Shown here: positions 47,101 to 55,900 of the stretch, in pieces | Position numbering within the stretch: position 1 is the stretch's first letter | Layout of the letters: each line of letters begins with the position of its first letter | Source of the DNA: Candidatus Omnitrophota bacterium | GTDB taxonomy: Bacteria; Omnitrophota; Gorgyraeia; Gygaellales; Profunditerraquicolaceae | Direction of reading: 5' to 3' | NCBI GenBank assembly: GCA_026387265.1 | Contig: JAPLLZ010000020.1 | Span: 5,413-69,412 of the forward strand | Length of the DNA stretch: 64,000 nt | The notes under the pieces: model-generated | Told to the model about the DNA's origin: nothing | Seen by the model: the letters and a program-made list of their open reading frames with translations, nothing else | Database searches by the model: none | Program-made: the position numbers and the translations under genes

Positions 47101-50100
47101 ATTGATATAGGCTTACCTGCAGAAAGCAGCCTTCTGCAGAGTATTATTCATTCCAATGGCGAAAATGTTATAAGTATAATTACCCATTTGGAGAATAATC
47201 CGCAATTGTTATCCAGAGAAGCAATAATTGCAGACCTGATGTCTAATAATACGTTTACCTTTAATAAGGATAAAGAAGTAGTAGGTTCTTTTGTAGATGT
47301 GGCGTTAAGCGTTAAGCAGCGTCAGGAAAGCGCCAAGGCAACAGGAGAGAAATGGGATGTTGAAGCAAAACAACTTGGTATGGGCGTTTTACTGCTAAAT
47401 TTAGCAGAAAAGCAGCTTACAAGCCAGTCGTCTAGCGCTATATTGCGCTCTGTGGTCGGAGCTAATTTTGCCGCTGGAAAAACAACCATGGCTCTTATGA
47501 TACAAGATGTGTTGACTAGTAAGTATGGAGATAAGAAAATCCTGTTTGTTACTACTCAGAATCCAGGCGAAATTAGAAAAAATGCTGCTTTTAAGATGAG
47601 AGGCGATAACGAGGTTAATGTTATAGGTGAAAATGCAGAAGGTAAGGTTACTGCGGATGTTAAGGCCGGGCAGATAAACATAACTAGCATTGCTGGTTTT
47701 GAGGCGTTAAAGGAAGAGAAAAAATTAAGCGATGTTTTTGTGATTGGTGATGAACCTCAGGCAGGTATGGCCGCTCCAGCCAGGGTCCATGGAATTATGG
47801 AGATTGTTTGGAAAAACTTGACTCCTGAGGAGCAAATCAAATTTAGCGCTTATAAAAATATTCATGAAACAATCTTTACGTTAGCAAAAGATCAGGCTGA
47901 GCTAGCGAAACAGGCCTCTGTTGAAAATGGTTATTGGCGGCAAATTATTAAACATCAGTTGAATCCTAATGGCGTATTTTCAAGAGATAGGTTTGAATTT
48001 GAACAGGCAACAGAAACAAAGCTTATTACTGCGTTTGAGAATAGGGATAAAAAAGAACTTACGCCTGCCGAAACAGAATTTTTAAAAGGTTTTGGTGATG
48101 ATAAAAAAGGGGATCTTTATCGTGATCACGAAACTCTTTATCGTGAGGCCAAGCAGAAATATGCGCAAAGCCTGCTTAGGGATAATGCTGCGCAATTGAA
48201 GGAATATTTTAATGGGGCAGCGTATGGCTTGGTTACTGGTGAAGAAGGTATGGAGTTTTATGGAATTAAAAAAGATGCCGATGGAAAGATGATACAATAT
48301 TTTACACGTAATACCGAAAACGGAAATGCTTTAGATAGGACTATCTTTAGCGATGGTGAGGTTGATGGGGAAAGGTTAAATGCCCGCGCGGTTATGGTAT
48401 CGGTAAAGCATAATGCTTCTCCTGAGGTGTGGTTAAACTCTTTAATGAGTAAAGCTGAGAATTCTGTCAGCTACTCCGATGCTCTGGGTGCTTCCAAAGG
48501 ATACATCTTGTTAACTGCCAGCCCGGATGGTTTTAAACCCACCTTTGATGCTATTGGTGCAAGGCTTTATAAGTTAGATAGAGATCCAACTTCCTTAATA
48601 TTATCCCAAATGCAGGTTGATGTTAATTCTTCTCCTCGTGCTGATGCTATGGCTAATGAAGCTATCGCCAGAATAAGCGACTCAGAGGGCAAGAGAGTAG
48701 TTGTTCTTACCGGAAATGATCCTGAAAGCTTAAAATTGTCTACAATTATGGTTGAAATTCAGCAGGGAGTTAGAGCTGAGCTTGGCGAACTTACACTTAA
48801 CAAAGAGAATATTACGCAGGCTTGGGAGAAGTTCAAAAAGGGTAAGAATGGCGCAGGAAAGATTAAGGAATGGGGAAAATTAGGTTATTCTATCGATAAG
48901 GTTGAAGGGGTATTTAGCCATCTGCAGCAAGAAGAAGGATCTTTCAGTAAAGATTTATCTGCTGCTAAAATTATGTTTGTTGATGAGGGAGGGGAAGGCG
49001 CATTTACGTTGAATGATATTGGAAATTACATAACGGCTATGCAGAAAGGTGAGGGTATCTCCGAGAGTGATAAATTATTAGTTTTTGTGCGCGGTTTATA
49101 TGATGCTTCAAATGTAGGTAAAAAAGTTGAGGGGGCTGTTACTAATCTTGAGGGGTTAATGATTGTTAGCAATGTTGCGTTAACTACCGATATTGTGCAG
49201 GCCGGTGGAAGATTTAGTATTAAAGGTGTGTCTAAAGAATTGGAGGCAAGAAGGATCGCCGGAGAGCTTAAAGAGTCAATTTCTCTGGATGATCCACGTA
49301 TAACCAATGCTGAAGTCGCTGAGATAGTTAAACAGCAGGGAGAAAGTAAGCGGCAGGCAGCTCTGAGGGTGAATAACAGGCTGTTACTTGAGGCCAATGC
49401 TGAGAATGTAGTGCGTATCGCCGGCACAAATAGTGTTGCTGATAGGTTAGAGACAGCAAGGATTTTAGGGGAGTTTGAGGAGAAGATGGATTGGGTGATT
49501 AAGCCGGTGGTAAATAGCCCTGAAGAAGCAGAGAATATGGCTTTGGTTAATCCGGTGGTAAATAGCCTCGATGAAGTATCCAGAAGTACATTAAATCAGG
49601 ATGAAGATTTAGCGTACGACAATGATAAAGATAATCCGGCATTAACCCCGGAAGGCAAAAAATTTGTTACTGTGGTTAATGAAGTCAATAGTTTTTCAGA
49701 TGACAAACTTAAACAAATCGCTTCGCTTGCTGAGCAGGTAGTAGCCGCCAAAAATAAATTAACGGGAAGACTTGAAGAAATAGCGGCTAACAAAGATATG
49801 CCTGTTCAGGAGCAAGAACAAGGAAGATCTCGGCTGGCTTTTGATATAATCTATAATCTTAAGACTAGCGGGATTCCAATAGACGATTCATTGTTGAAAA
49901 CTTTATTAGAAGTTGCAAATTTGAACTCAGGCATAAACCATATTGGTGACATTAAGATAACTTTACAGGATTTAGTAAGCGGGGTGGTTATAAAGGAACA
50001 ATTCCCAAGAGATTGGGATAATGTTTCCAGCGCCTTGGTCGAAAACGGCTGGGCCACGAAAATAAGCGACGAAATGATCCGTTTAACCATCGATCCTAAG

Positions 50101-52983
50101 AAAGTAAGAAAGCCGATTTTGGAACAATTTATTAGCCGGGGCATAGATCCAGCGAAGGCTTTCCCTGTTTTACAGCAGTCTATAAAGCAGGCTGTAACTT
50201 TAACCCCAATTATTGACGCTAGCTCTAGGGTTGCTGAAGCAAAGCAGGCCTTGGAAAAAGCAAGGAAAGATTTCGCAAAAGTAAGTAAGAAACAAATTAT
50301 ATTTACGAAATCAGATGAAATTAAAGTTACTTCTGTTGCTGTCGAAAAAGCAGCTTTGGCTATAGCGGAATTAATGATGGATGAAGCCTGGAGGGATTTA
50401 GCTATTGCCATTGCCAGCCCGACAGTTTCTCCAGTTGCTATATTATTAAAGAAAGCTGAAAAAGCGGATGCTAAAGTCTATAAACAATTAAAGGCAATGT
50501 ATGGTCCGTTAGTTGATAGCTTGCAAGCCTGTAAGAGCGCTTTGACCATTCCAAGCAAAATAGTGAATTTTAGATTTAGATCGGCATTTAATCAGTTATA
50601 CAAGAGCCTCTTCTCTACCCCGGTGTCTTTATTTAATAAATCATCAGATCCATACAGCTTAACTATTCCTTTTGAATTAGGCCTAGAAACTCCCGGTAGT
50701 ATCGAAGAATTTAACAGGTTAATGCTGCTTAATGAATCCAAGAAAAAGACGATCCAGGCGGTAGCGAAAGAGGCATTTATTAATGATATTAAGAATCAGG
50801 CCGGGCAATTCTTCACAGAAGATGAGGTAAAAACAGAGAATATAGACACAATAAGCAAGGCTTGGGCTGTTTTAAGGATGATTAATCAGCTTCAATTCCT
50901 ATCCGAACCAGATTCTAATAAGGATGAAGCCCAGCTGAAAAAAGCTAGACAAAGTATTGTTGACTATCTTAACGGGCAGATTAATCCCGAAGAGGAAGCG
51001 GCAGATCAAGTTAAAGAAGAGCAGCCAGTTGATGTGAAGGCTCAGAATGTTCAGCAGCAGCCGGCTGGAACAGTTAAAATTACCACTGAAGGTCCAAAGG
51101 AAGAGTTATTAGCGGATGATAAACTAGAAGCAGAAGCGCAAACACCAGCCAGACAAGCTGTAATTGATGCAGTGAAGTCGGTAAAGTCAAATGAGTCAGG
51201 TAAAGCTAGTATTGGGATGGTTTTTGCGATGGCGGCAACGGGAATTGCAGCTATATCTTTACCTATAATACATGGGATTGGTGGAGTAAATGGGTTGATT
51301 GTGACAGCAGCAGCTATTTCCGGTGTGGGTGCAGTTGGTGTATGGTTAATTAAGAAGTTTAGGCATAACAGATCAACAAATGCTACTCAGGAGGCTTCAG
51401 ATAAGCAGCCTTCTAAAGCAGTACCACCAGTTCAGCAGCAGAATAATACTATCTCTACTAGTATAGGTGTAGGTTCAGTTGTAGCAGGGTCTTTAGTAGA
51501 TGTTGAATATCAAAATCCCGGCAATACTAGTGGTCGTTCACTAGGGCCTAACATTTTTGGAAGAATTAATAGTGTCTTTGGTCGTGTTGCTAGTGGTTTA
51601 GCCCCGCCCATAGCCCTTGCCAAAACCTTTTTCTCAAAGGTTTATGGTTTATTGAATACGAGAAGCAATGTAGGTGCATTAGTTGCAGGTGAATTAAAGA
51701 GTGATGAAGCAAAGAAAGATGAAGTTGCAGGTGCCCGGAGTCTACCCTCCAGAAATGGAGAAGAGGGGCAGGATGTAGAAGGTGCGTCTAGTAATAGAAG
51801 TAAAACGTCCATAGGGGACGTAAGAGTTAATGATTCCAGGGTTATACCTGACAATAGTATTAGTAGTAAGATTGTCAGATTAATCAGCAGAATCACAGGT
51901 TCCATAGGTGCAAGCGTTAAAGAAGCAGGTAAAATAGCAGTAAAAGTATTAGAAGTATTAGGATCAAGGATTAAGGCATTTGTAGCAGGCAGCAAGGCAG
52001 CAGCTGCCCAAAATAGAGCTGCAGTAGTAAATAATGGAATCGTTGGTGAGGCAGTAGATGTGGTAAAAGATGCCGAAACCCAAGATTCTATTCGTGCGTA
52101 TGGCATCCGCAGCTGGATTAATAATGTTTTTAAGAAGATTGTTGTAATTCCGACCGTCCATAAAGATGGCAGACCAGTAGATTTGGTCATTCCCGCATTA
52201 AATAAATATAAAGGAAACGATAAAACTGTTGTTGGCAGCTTATTAATGTTCATATTCAATGGGCTTTCCCATGATGCGGAAGGTAATATGAGCAAGCTTG
52301 GTGTAATTTCCAGAAGAATATTCAGCGGCAACCCTGAAAAAGGCTCTGTAGTTAAGTCAGAAGAGGAAGATGCATTGCCTAAAGCCAGTGTTGAGATTGG
52401 TGTTAGTAATGTTGTAGAAGATTTTAGAAAGTTGACGAGAAGTATCTCTGACGTTGTAACCAGGTTACGCGGTAATCAGCCGGTTATGCCGGATCCGGAT
52501 GACGTAGCGTTGCTTAGTGCCATAAGTGCTAAGAAAGAAGCATTAATAGATGCAGCTAGAACAAAGGCAGAGATTGACGGAGTTGAATTTGATGCTGCAG
52601 TTAATTATTATGCTCAGGCAAAAGAATATATTTGTGATCATGATAAGGCAAAGAAATTAGCGTATAAGATTGTCTGGGGTTATTTATCAAATAATAATAT
52701 TGATGTGAGGGATACTCTTTTAGCCAACGATAAGAATTTGTATTATTCTTTAATTGATATAGCCAAAACTATTAATTTAATGTCAATTCAAGAGTTAGAG
52801 AATTTGGCTAATAATCCCGAATCAAATACATTAAGCAGGATTGCTCAAACATTGTATGCTAGAGAAACTAATGCAAAGGCAGGGGAAGCAATAGGAGTTA
52901 GTGAAAAAGCAATAGGAGTTAGTGAAAAAGCAATAGGAGTTAGTGAAAAAGCAATAGGAGTTAGTAGTGGGTATTGCAGATAA
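41176..52983 (+). CDS. Giant protein 1 (3935 aa)
   Basis: It is a single uninterrupted ORF. The N-terminal TM or signal anchor is MVAFILVAVFLPEQVAQAV, followed by a C39/papain-like Cys-His peptidase-like segment. A very long Asn/Tyr/Gly/Thr-rich beta-rich region contains an EF-hand-like loop. A ~580-aa block of glycine-zipper TM segments follows, then Walker A/B and SF2-like NTPase motifs and a coiled-coil-rich C-terminus ending in a 4x AIGVSEK repeat. Its codon usage matches its neighbours. Confidence 0.75.
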   Translation: MNINPQQTENSIKQPKKEFKSNFKAWIRMVAFILVAVFLPEQVAQAVEYDWRVIWNKPTVGTIAPAYLKDLSNIDSALAIRNILKDIANKPINSIRVSSNLTINLDKPLEMSNQKIDEITEWLKGKPCGSKALYDYLNYVGIKASESDIAIIALAVDILNDVVKPEGRPKVIKNSLYALEQAAKFFGANLYPVEINANTELSNITPFVAHFKYEHYVLVTRVTEDKVYYTKEHREEFLPKATFLSKFSGYALTNVLPLESKILSPVESKQILGARDPDEPTPNTTMPKLPVVTLPSSKHFNSTSMPTLGDNIYYSTSFVRGLNAATAPQTQDTLYKMDGVSYRRQTIFNTQNGSVAGYTWLPINVAANTSYKQLAITSSKYNNVLIVVRTPDVKNNAAPYLIGGSLLSSLHEYTGTSYTSSEGLSQYGTHIRISLDKASDNYGFTTVLKQDPATLEYNYEAEAAGLKVKYPYANSGEIGSDPYDRTVKVYAKYSNTPGGGSYDYDGYVTAVYATPNLGPGGMFANNMDVNLVEKRNNLTYAFCGNLSNSAIAAPITFTSSGQDYAFAAWVNMKPLHLQVDTKNLFNGNYTNVAMWDYQRITAATRIQFGKEVFDSLASNNPGSSTEEGNLVFQGWNPGRSSKIKDIYVEAFNEHFHTATISTILEKDGWIVGVDKMYAGYGGSIGDTSKTYFFPIQALKTQSFNNYTLASLWTQTPTSLTIEAFNNDYRAFDSSNPILYPGYRSYYDIGKDGSLKLWGTFNDKNDVVLALNHNGTWDNPDDDFYVYIPDSSKILNSSNSNGSYYDFNVGSGLVLIEPGNRYTGTSPRIGGTLGSTVIEKPASGSVSPEQYSFYSIDLGIDKATGNFNGLAISPYDADQNGKISIKELNQAYDIVVGDTQKQVDTISNLKETDFEQWLKDTGHYDEYCGTINGVYVDYGLGGGYSNFYIQMEIMDEYDQAQLDAKNKGSLLDNFTYVDPTTGDKVTLQDISTSTKTMLDNPDKVDLLDFSSNLVMASIIDQNAFPKAEGVAQNKNEEAMGVNFKATVKTGIQWNEKANRYLYTTAEVELNTDQANIAKGPDFAVIKDGWKGTFNLTPETLSSLRAEYYEKGYRDLAVSLVGINAYGTTWGDIGIGAVVVLTTVAAAAATFYIGGAGGAVVAGGWATAGAIAGILTINVGVSVFNAALIKNHLTGEKLTDGELFVSIGLGLIPAAGGIAGRFIGTAAMAGTLASVASKTLVVGSRMAFISGQITQASSYICNMTLDPTTKKFTTHGPSVLEAGFSLASGYLYGGVAALAPVTSVSSFFLRTGLNFALNEAVLQGSSLITTGNFVGFNSWDEVGMHMLMLGSAGLSSGASWLSGYTKHVGELNKLVVSGYAMAEGPGAKIINSTLLTTMFGGSTKILTNAIAGGRTFLLIGMLTDPLFTGKEGNPTWESTFGHYKTGLIYGGIFGMAEAIPAFSKIGAQSALAQGIKWGIVGGATNVTRGAIDSVLFTKTPYTWSQAGIDFGVGFIEGGLSGFGATKAFPKAFLTKGIARLGLNIALTSLVSVSGGLISSAITGNSYSWKQLGVDTGIGVLAGLTATALPKYVSWVSKLGNAKFFVEHPKLLPLTKFGLNLGASQSATFLAYMGTGAVFELKNNGVSGIDMGKVGAEAANYWKIWAPWANPAEDSWANTIKFDIFGEKDVKLKYLTIGAGLSSLLFLSVVSSSAFATAKINSLEDLPKLIKDNYQEKIASKTLGEKVKAIAISSGKMFLFGMGLDSIGRTYNEAHKYSKITNEAEDALMGAIFNNWGVGGWTQVYKDENGNLNRKFNWDGILNDQNGNPIKNENGDFQRTGLLSGIENSAISGVIFGPLFYFSMPLFEVLAPNLPFGIGKTVQSIQSFNFGITAGKTANMTLSTLRADRVKLALSTVAKFGLVTIVGGVIDEGISEPIAGAIMYAGLMPLVGGKISGAQLNFFTSMLAEGVSPSPFETIDIGLPAESSLLQSIIHSNGENVISIITHLENNPQLLSREAIIADLMSNNTFTFNKDKEVVGSFVDVALSVKQRQESAKATGEKWDVEAKQLGMGVLLLNLAEKQLTSQSSSAILRSVVGANFAAGKTTMALMIQDVLTSKYGDKKILFVTTQNPGEIRKNAAFKMRGDNEVNVIGENAEGKVTADVKAGQINITSIAGFEALKEEKKLSDVFVIGDEPQAGMAAPARVHGIMEIVWKNLTPEEQIKFSAYKNIHETIFTLAKDQAELAKQASVENGYWRQIIKHQLNPNGVFSRDRFEFEQATETKLITAFENRDKKELTPAETEFLKGFGDDKKGDLYRDHETLYREAKQKYAQSLLRDNAAQLKEYFNGAAYGLVTGEEGMEFYGIKKDADGKMIQYFTRNTENGNALDRTIFSDGEVDGERLNARAVMVSVKHNASPEVWLNSLMSKAENSVSYSDALGASKGYILLTASPDGFKPTFDAIGARLYKLDRDPTSLILSQMQVDVNSSPRADAMANEAIARISDSEGKRVVVLTGNDPESLKLSTIMVEIQQGVRAELGELTLNKENITQAWEKFKKGKNGAGKIKEWGKLGYSIDKVEGVFSHLQQEEGSFSKDLSAAKIMFVDEGGEGAFTLNDIGNYITAMQKGEGISESDKLLVFVRGLYDASNVGKKVEGAVTNLEGLMIVSNVALTTDIVQAGGRFSIKGVSKELEARRIAGELKESISLDDPRITNAEVAEIVKQQGESKRQAALRVNNRLLLEANAENVVRIAGTNSVADRLETARILGEFEEKMDWVIKPVVNSPEEAENMALVNPVVNSLDEVSRSTLNQDEDLAYDNDKDNPALTPEGKKFVTVVNEVNSFSDDKLKQIASLAEQVVAAKNKLTGRLEEIAANKDMPVQEQEQGRSRLAFDIIYNLKTSGIPIDDSLLKTLLEVANLNSGINHIGDIKITLQDLVSGVVIKEQFPRDWDNVSSALVENGWATKISDEMIRLTIDPKKVRKPILEQFISRGIDPAKAFPVLQQSIKQAVTLTPIIDASSRVAEAKQALEKARKDFAKVSKKQIIFTKSDEIKVTSVAVEKAALAIAELMMDEAWRDLAIAIASPTVSPVAILLKKAEKADAKVYKQLKAMYGPLVDSLQACKSALTIPSKIVNFRFRSAFNQLYKSLFSTPVSLFNKSSDPYSLTIPFELGLETPGSIEEFNRLMLLNESKKKTIQAVAKEAFINDIKNQAGQFFTEDEVKTENIDTISKAWAVLRMINQLQFLSEPDSNKDEAQLKKARQSIVDYLNGQINPEEEAADQVKEEQPVDVKAQNVQQQPAGTVKITTEGPKEELLADDKLEAEAQTPARQAVIDAVKSVKSNESGKASIGMVFAMAATGIAAISLPIIHGIGGVNGLIVTAAAISGVGAVGVWLIKKFRHNRSTNATQEASDKQPSKAVPPVQQQNNTISTSIGVGSVVAGSLVDVEYQNPGNTSGRSLGPNIFGRINSVFGRVASGLAPPIALAKTFFSKVYGLLNTRSNVGALVAGELKSDEAKKDEVAGARSLPSRNGEEGQDVEGASSNRSKTSIGDVRVNDSRVIPDNSISSKIVRLISRITGSIGASVKEAGKIAVKVLEVLGSRIKAFVAGSKAAAAQNRAAVVNNGIVGEAVDVVKDAETQDSIRAYGIRSWINNVFKKIVVIPTVHKDGRPVDLVIPALNKYKGNDKTVVGSLLMFIFNGLSHDAEGNMSKLGVISRRIFSGNPEKGSVVKSEEEDALPKASVEIGVSNVVEDFRKLTRSISDVVTRLRGNQPVMPDPDDVALLSAISAKKEALIDAARTKAEIDGVEFDAAVNYYAQAKEYICDHDKAKKLAYKIVWGYLSNNNIDVRDTLLANDKNLYYSLIDIAKTINLMSIQELENLANNPESNTLSRIAQTLYARETNAKAGEAIGVSEKAIGVSEKAIGVSEKAIGVSSGYCR

Positions 52984-55900
52984 ATCATTAGGTATTAATG
53001 AAAAGAATTTTAATTGGATGAATGGTAAGAATTGCTTTATTACTATTGCGCCTTTGGCGATAAGAGCTGCATTGGAAGCAGCAAAGAACAAGATTGAGGC
53101 TTCTGGAAAGCTTTGGACGTTAAGAGTAGCGGTGCAGACTTACAATGATTTGGTTGATGAATACAATGCCAGCCATCAGGATAAGTTGGAGCGTTTATTT
53201 GTGGCTAAGGTTGCCCAAAGCAGGATCAAAGAATTGATAGACCAGGAAGTTAGCTTTGAAATAACGGAAAATTTAGGCGATAGTTTCCATGCGATACTTC
53301 CTTTCGGTTATGTAGAAAATGAAAGCAGCCTATCTATTACTGCGATGAATGGTAATGTTGCCGATCATAGAAGAACTGTTAATGTAGCTGACCTGGATTT
53401 CTCCGGAACCGGAGTCATTGTTATGGTGGCTGAAAGTGCGAAAAATTTGATTACCAAAGAAGAGTCTGATGCCGCAGAAGATGGCTATAGAAGTACAGAT
53501 GATAAACCGATTACCGGTGATACCAATGTTAATACTGATACAGCAAGTAAAGATACGCATAATGATAATAATGATATAAATAATAACAATAATAATGGCG
53601 GAGAAGGTAAAGGTAACGGCGGGAATGATGGCGGTAATACTGGCAAGGATCACGCAAATAAAGCTAACAATGTTAATAATAATGATGGTAAGGATGGTGA
53701 TAGTGATCTGGCAGGAGAAAAGATATCTCAAGACTTACCTGAAACAGGTAAAGTAGCCATAGAAGATGCAATAGTTGATTCTTTTAATCGGATTACAGCT
53801 AATAACCTTTCTCCTCCGGAAGCCATATTTGCTAACCTCGCTAATACCCTGCGTATTGTAGTTAACCAGTTGAAAGAGGAATTATCTGATCTTACTCGTG
53901 CCAATACCGCCAGTCTTCGTAACGCTATAGATGTTTTTAATGAGCTTATCGCTATTTTAGATAATTTAGCAAATAATCCGATAGTATCCTTAAAATATTT
54001 TCTTATGTTAGCCCGCCGCGAAGAAGAGGATATTGTTACTCCCCTTCTGAAGACGCTTATCGGAGCGATTAAGGACCGCGGCTTGAATAATCTGCATGGG
54101 CGTTATTTCCGCGCTGCCCGCTTAATTGCACATAGATATGGCCTGCCTTATTCTTCGATGGTTGAGCTTGCCAATACCTTTATATTACTCAATGAGACAA
54201 ATGATTTCATTAACGCGTTAAAAGAAGAAGATTTTGTAAGAGCCGAATTGGAAGCAAGGGCTAAAGAAACAGAGATTGCTTCGCTGGCTACGTTCGCGCA
54301 CAATGGCGGATTTGTAGTAATGAATAATGCAGCAGCTTATGACAGATTAAATAACGTATTAAATATTTTAAACAATTCTGTGGGTAGATATACATCAGGC
54401 GTAGGGGTAGCGGTAAATGTGGTAAAGATTAAGTTCGGGGAAACTCGGGCAGGCTTAAACAGCATAATTGGTGCATTATCAGCAAGCGTATCCGGCATAT
54501 TTAGCAGGTTAGGTTCACTTTTCGTAATCACGCCGGCATTAGCAGGGCAGGTAGAATCAGACGAAACGGCCAGTACATTATTATCAAGTTTAACCAGAGC
54601 TTCTGACGAGTTATCTCAATTCCCGGCAAACTTACCAACAGCTAAAACAGTGGTCAATACTGTTGAAACAGCTAAATCTACCAACAGCCAGTCAATAACA
54701 GCAGAGAATAAGACTATAGCTTCTGATATATTAAATAACGTATTAAATATCTTAAACAATTCTGTAGCGAAATACGTATCTAACATAAAGGTAACAATAA
54801 ATGCGATAAAGGTTGGGGTTACCGGGGCAGCTAGAGTTGGCTTAAGCAGCATAGCCAATACGTTATCATCGAGCTTAACTAACGTTTCTAACAAGTTATC
54901 CTCATCCCCGATCAGCTCGCTATTGACTAGACTTGCAACAGTAAACGAAAGTGGCATTGTTAATGTGGGATTGAGTATTGTTTTAGCTCCTGCTGCTACT
55001 GTTTCCCTTGGTATTGTGGCACCGATAGCAGTTCATTTATTCGGGTTAGTCTTAGGCGGCGTAGCTGCGTTAGTAACAGGCTTTGTTTTAGTAGCAGGTT
55101 TATCTAAGGTAATTAATAACTCAGTTTCAACTCACTTAGCAGCTTCAACCGCTTCTTTATCAGCTTCTCAGGATGTCGATGTCAATAATGCCGATTTAAC
55201 TAGCGCAACAGCTAAAACAGCAACAGGCACTGTTGAAACAGCCAAATCTATCAACAGCCAGTCAGTCACAGTAGAGAGCAAGGTTACAGTCTCCGGTATA
55301 TTAAATAACGTATTAAATATCTTAAGCAATTCTGTAGCGAAATACGTATCTAATATAAAGGTAACAATAAACGCGATAAAGGTTGGGGTTACCGGGGCAG
55401 CTTCACCAGTTGCCGGATCCACAACAGTTCCTGCAGCTTCATCTACTTCTTTACCAGCTTCTCAGGCAGTAAATACGAACAATGCTAATTTAACTAAATT
55501 AGCAGCAAAGGTATTGAATTTGGTTCATAGCCTTATCGCTTCTATAAGGAATATCTTAAACAATCTTTCTTCTAAGTCTGAAATCAAGGGTGAAACTTCT
55601 ACTAAGGTTCAAGCCAATATTTTGGGTAACTCAATTTCTTCCTTAGCTCCTCCAGTTAATGGTTTAATTGCGCGTTTTGTAAAGAATGCAATTAACCAGT
55701 TAATCAACGCAATCAAAGGAGAGGAGAATGGACATGAAAAGAATAATAGAAATGAGAGAGGAAATAGCAGCAATAGATACACAGTACAGAATAAGACGGC
55801 TCCAGGAAATGAGACAGGCAGCGGTATTAGAAATGCTAAATTTAAGGAGTATATCAATAGAAAAGCTGGTCAATTAATTAATTGGCTTCGTACAATTTTA

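Noticed and set aside
49851-50411. 186-aa minus-strand ORF, and similar ones at 51642..52331, 53330..53731, 56023..56604, 45585..45959 and 38115..38630
   Set aside because: They are antisense to long, well-supported + strand genes. Their products are low-complexity (Ser/Ala/Leu/Ile-rich) and they lack RBSs. These are typical shadow ORFs.
52888-52971. Possible CRISPR array made of the 21-bp tandem repeats
   Set aside because: The repeats are contiguous with no spacers and lie in-frame inside a coding region. This is a coding tandem repeat.
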